From NCBI RefSeq assembly GCF_003918875.1, contig NW_025765592.1:310001-374000 (forward strand): 64,000 nucleotides of DNA, read 5' to 3'. The notes under the pieces were generated by a model. It was not told the DNA's origin. It saw nothing but the letters and a program-made list of their open reading frames with translations, and did no database searches. Source of the stretch: Haliotis rubra. Taxonomy: Eukaryota. Below are positions 63,842 through 64,000 of this stretch, in pieces. Each line of letters opens with the position of its first letter. Position 1 is the first letter of the stretch. The translations under genes were made by a program, and so were the position numbers.

Positions 63842-64000
63842 AAGGACAGCATCATACTAATCTGACCCAAGTTAAAATACTGATACATCATTAACTTTTA
63901 AAGCTGTTTTGAACTGTATCTGGAGTCCCAACAGATATTGTGATGCTGTTTATACAGCTTAACCGCCAATCACAGTCACTTCCACAATCACCCGACCACA

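Larger units (their letters stand above)
40262..64000 (+). repeat. Second copy of the tandem block (genes B', C', D'), running off the window
   Basis: Position 64000 corresponds to 37187; near-identical genes, introns and TEs. Confidence 0.95.

Overview
AT-rich, repeat-rich animal DNA with GT-AG introns. The SINE families look molluscan, possibly abalone-like (inference only). There are two main parts. (1) 1-4606 looks like the right end of a large virus-like mobile element (Maverick/Polinton-like). It has three compact minus-strand genes: a CARD-like N-terminus running off the window, a 155-aa basic/acidic-tailed protein, and an 86-aa two-helix membrane protein. The last two each need one homopolymer indel corrected. 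It also has ~200-240 bp subterminal repeats, stacked palindromes and an ...CTACT terminus that abuts the first exon of a host gene. (2) 4607-64000 is a tandem array of seven secreted cholinesterase-like (type-B carboxylesterase) genes in the order A-B-C-D-B'-C'-D'. Each has a non-coding exon 1, a ~1.49-kb exon 2, a 164-nt exon 3 and a 38-nt last coding exon. About 12.6-37.2 kb is repeated nearly identically at ~40.3-64 kb, either as a recent segmental duplication or as two co-assembled haplotypes. All copies keep the Ser-Glu-His triad but lack the choline-binding omega-loop Trp, carry His-Trp instead of the usual His-Gly, and end in a 12-residue Cys-containing tail with no T-peptide or GPI signal. 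D and D' are true pseudogenes. Most lesions in B' and C' look like sequencing errors. The intergenic DNA holds Tc1, MULE/FLYWCH, Kolobok-like and L2 remnants, MITEs, tRNA-derived SINEs and several young minisatellites whose copy numbers differ sharply between the duplicated blocks.
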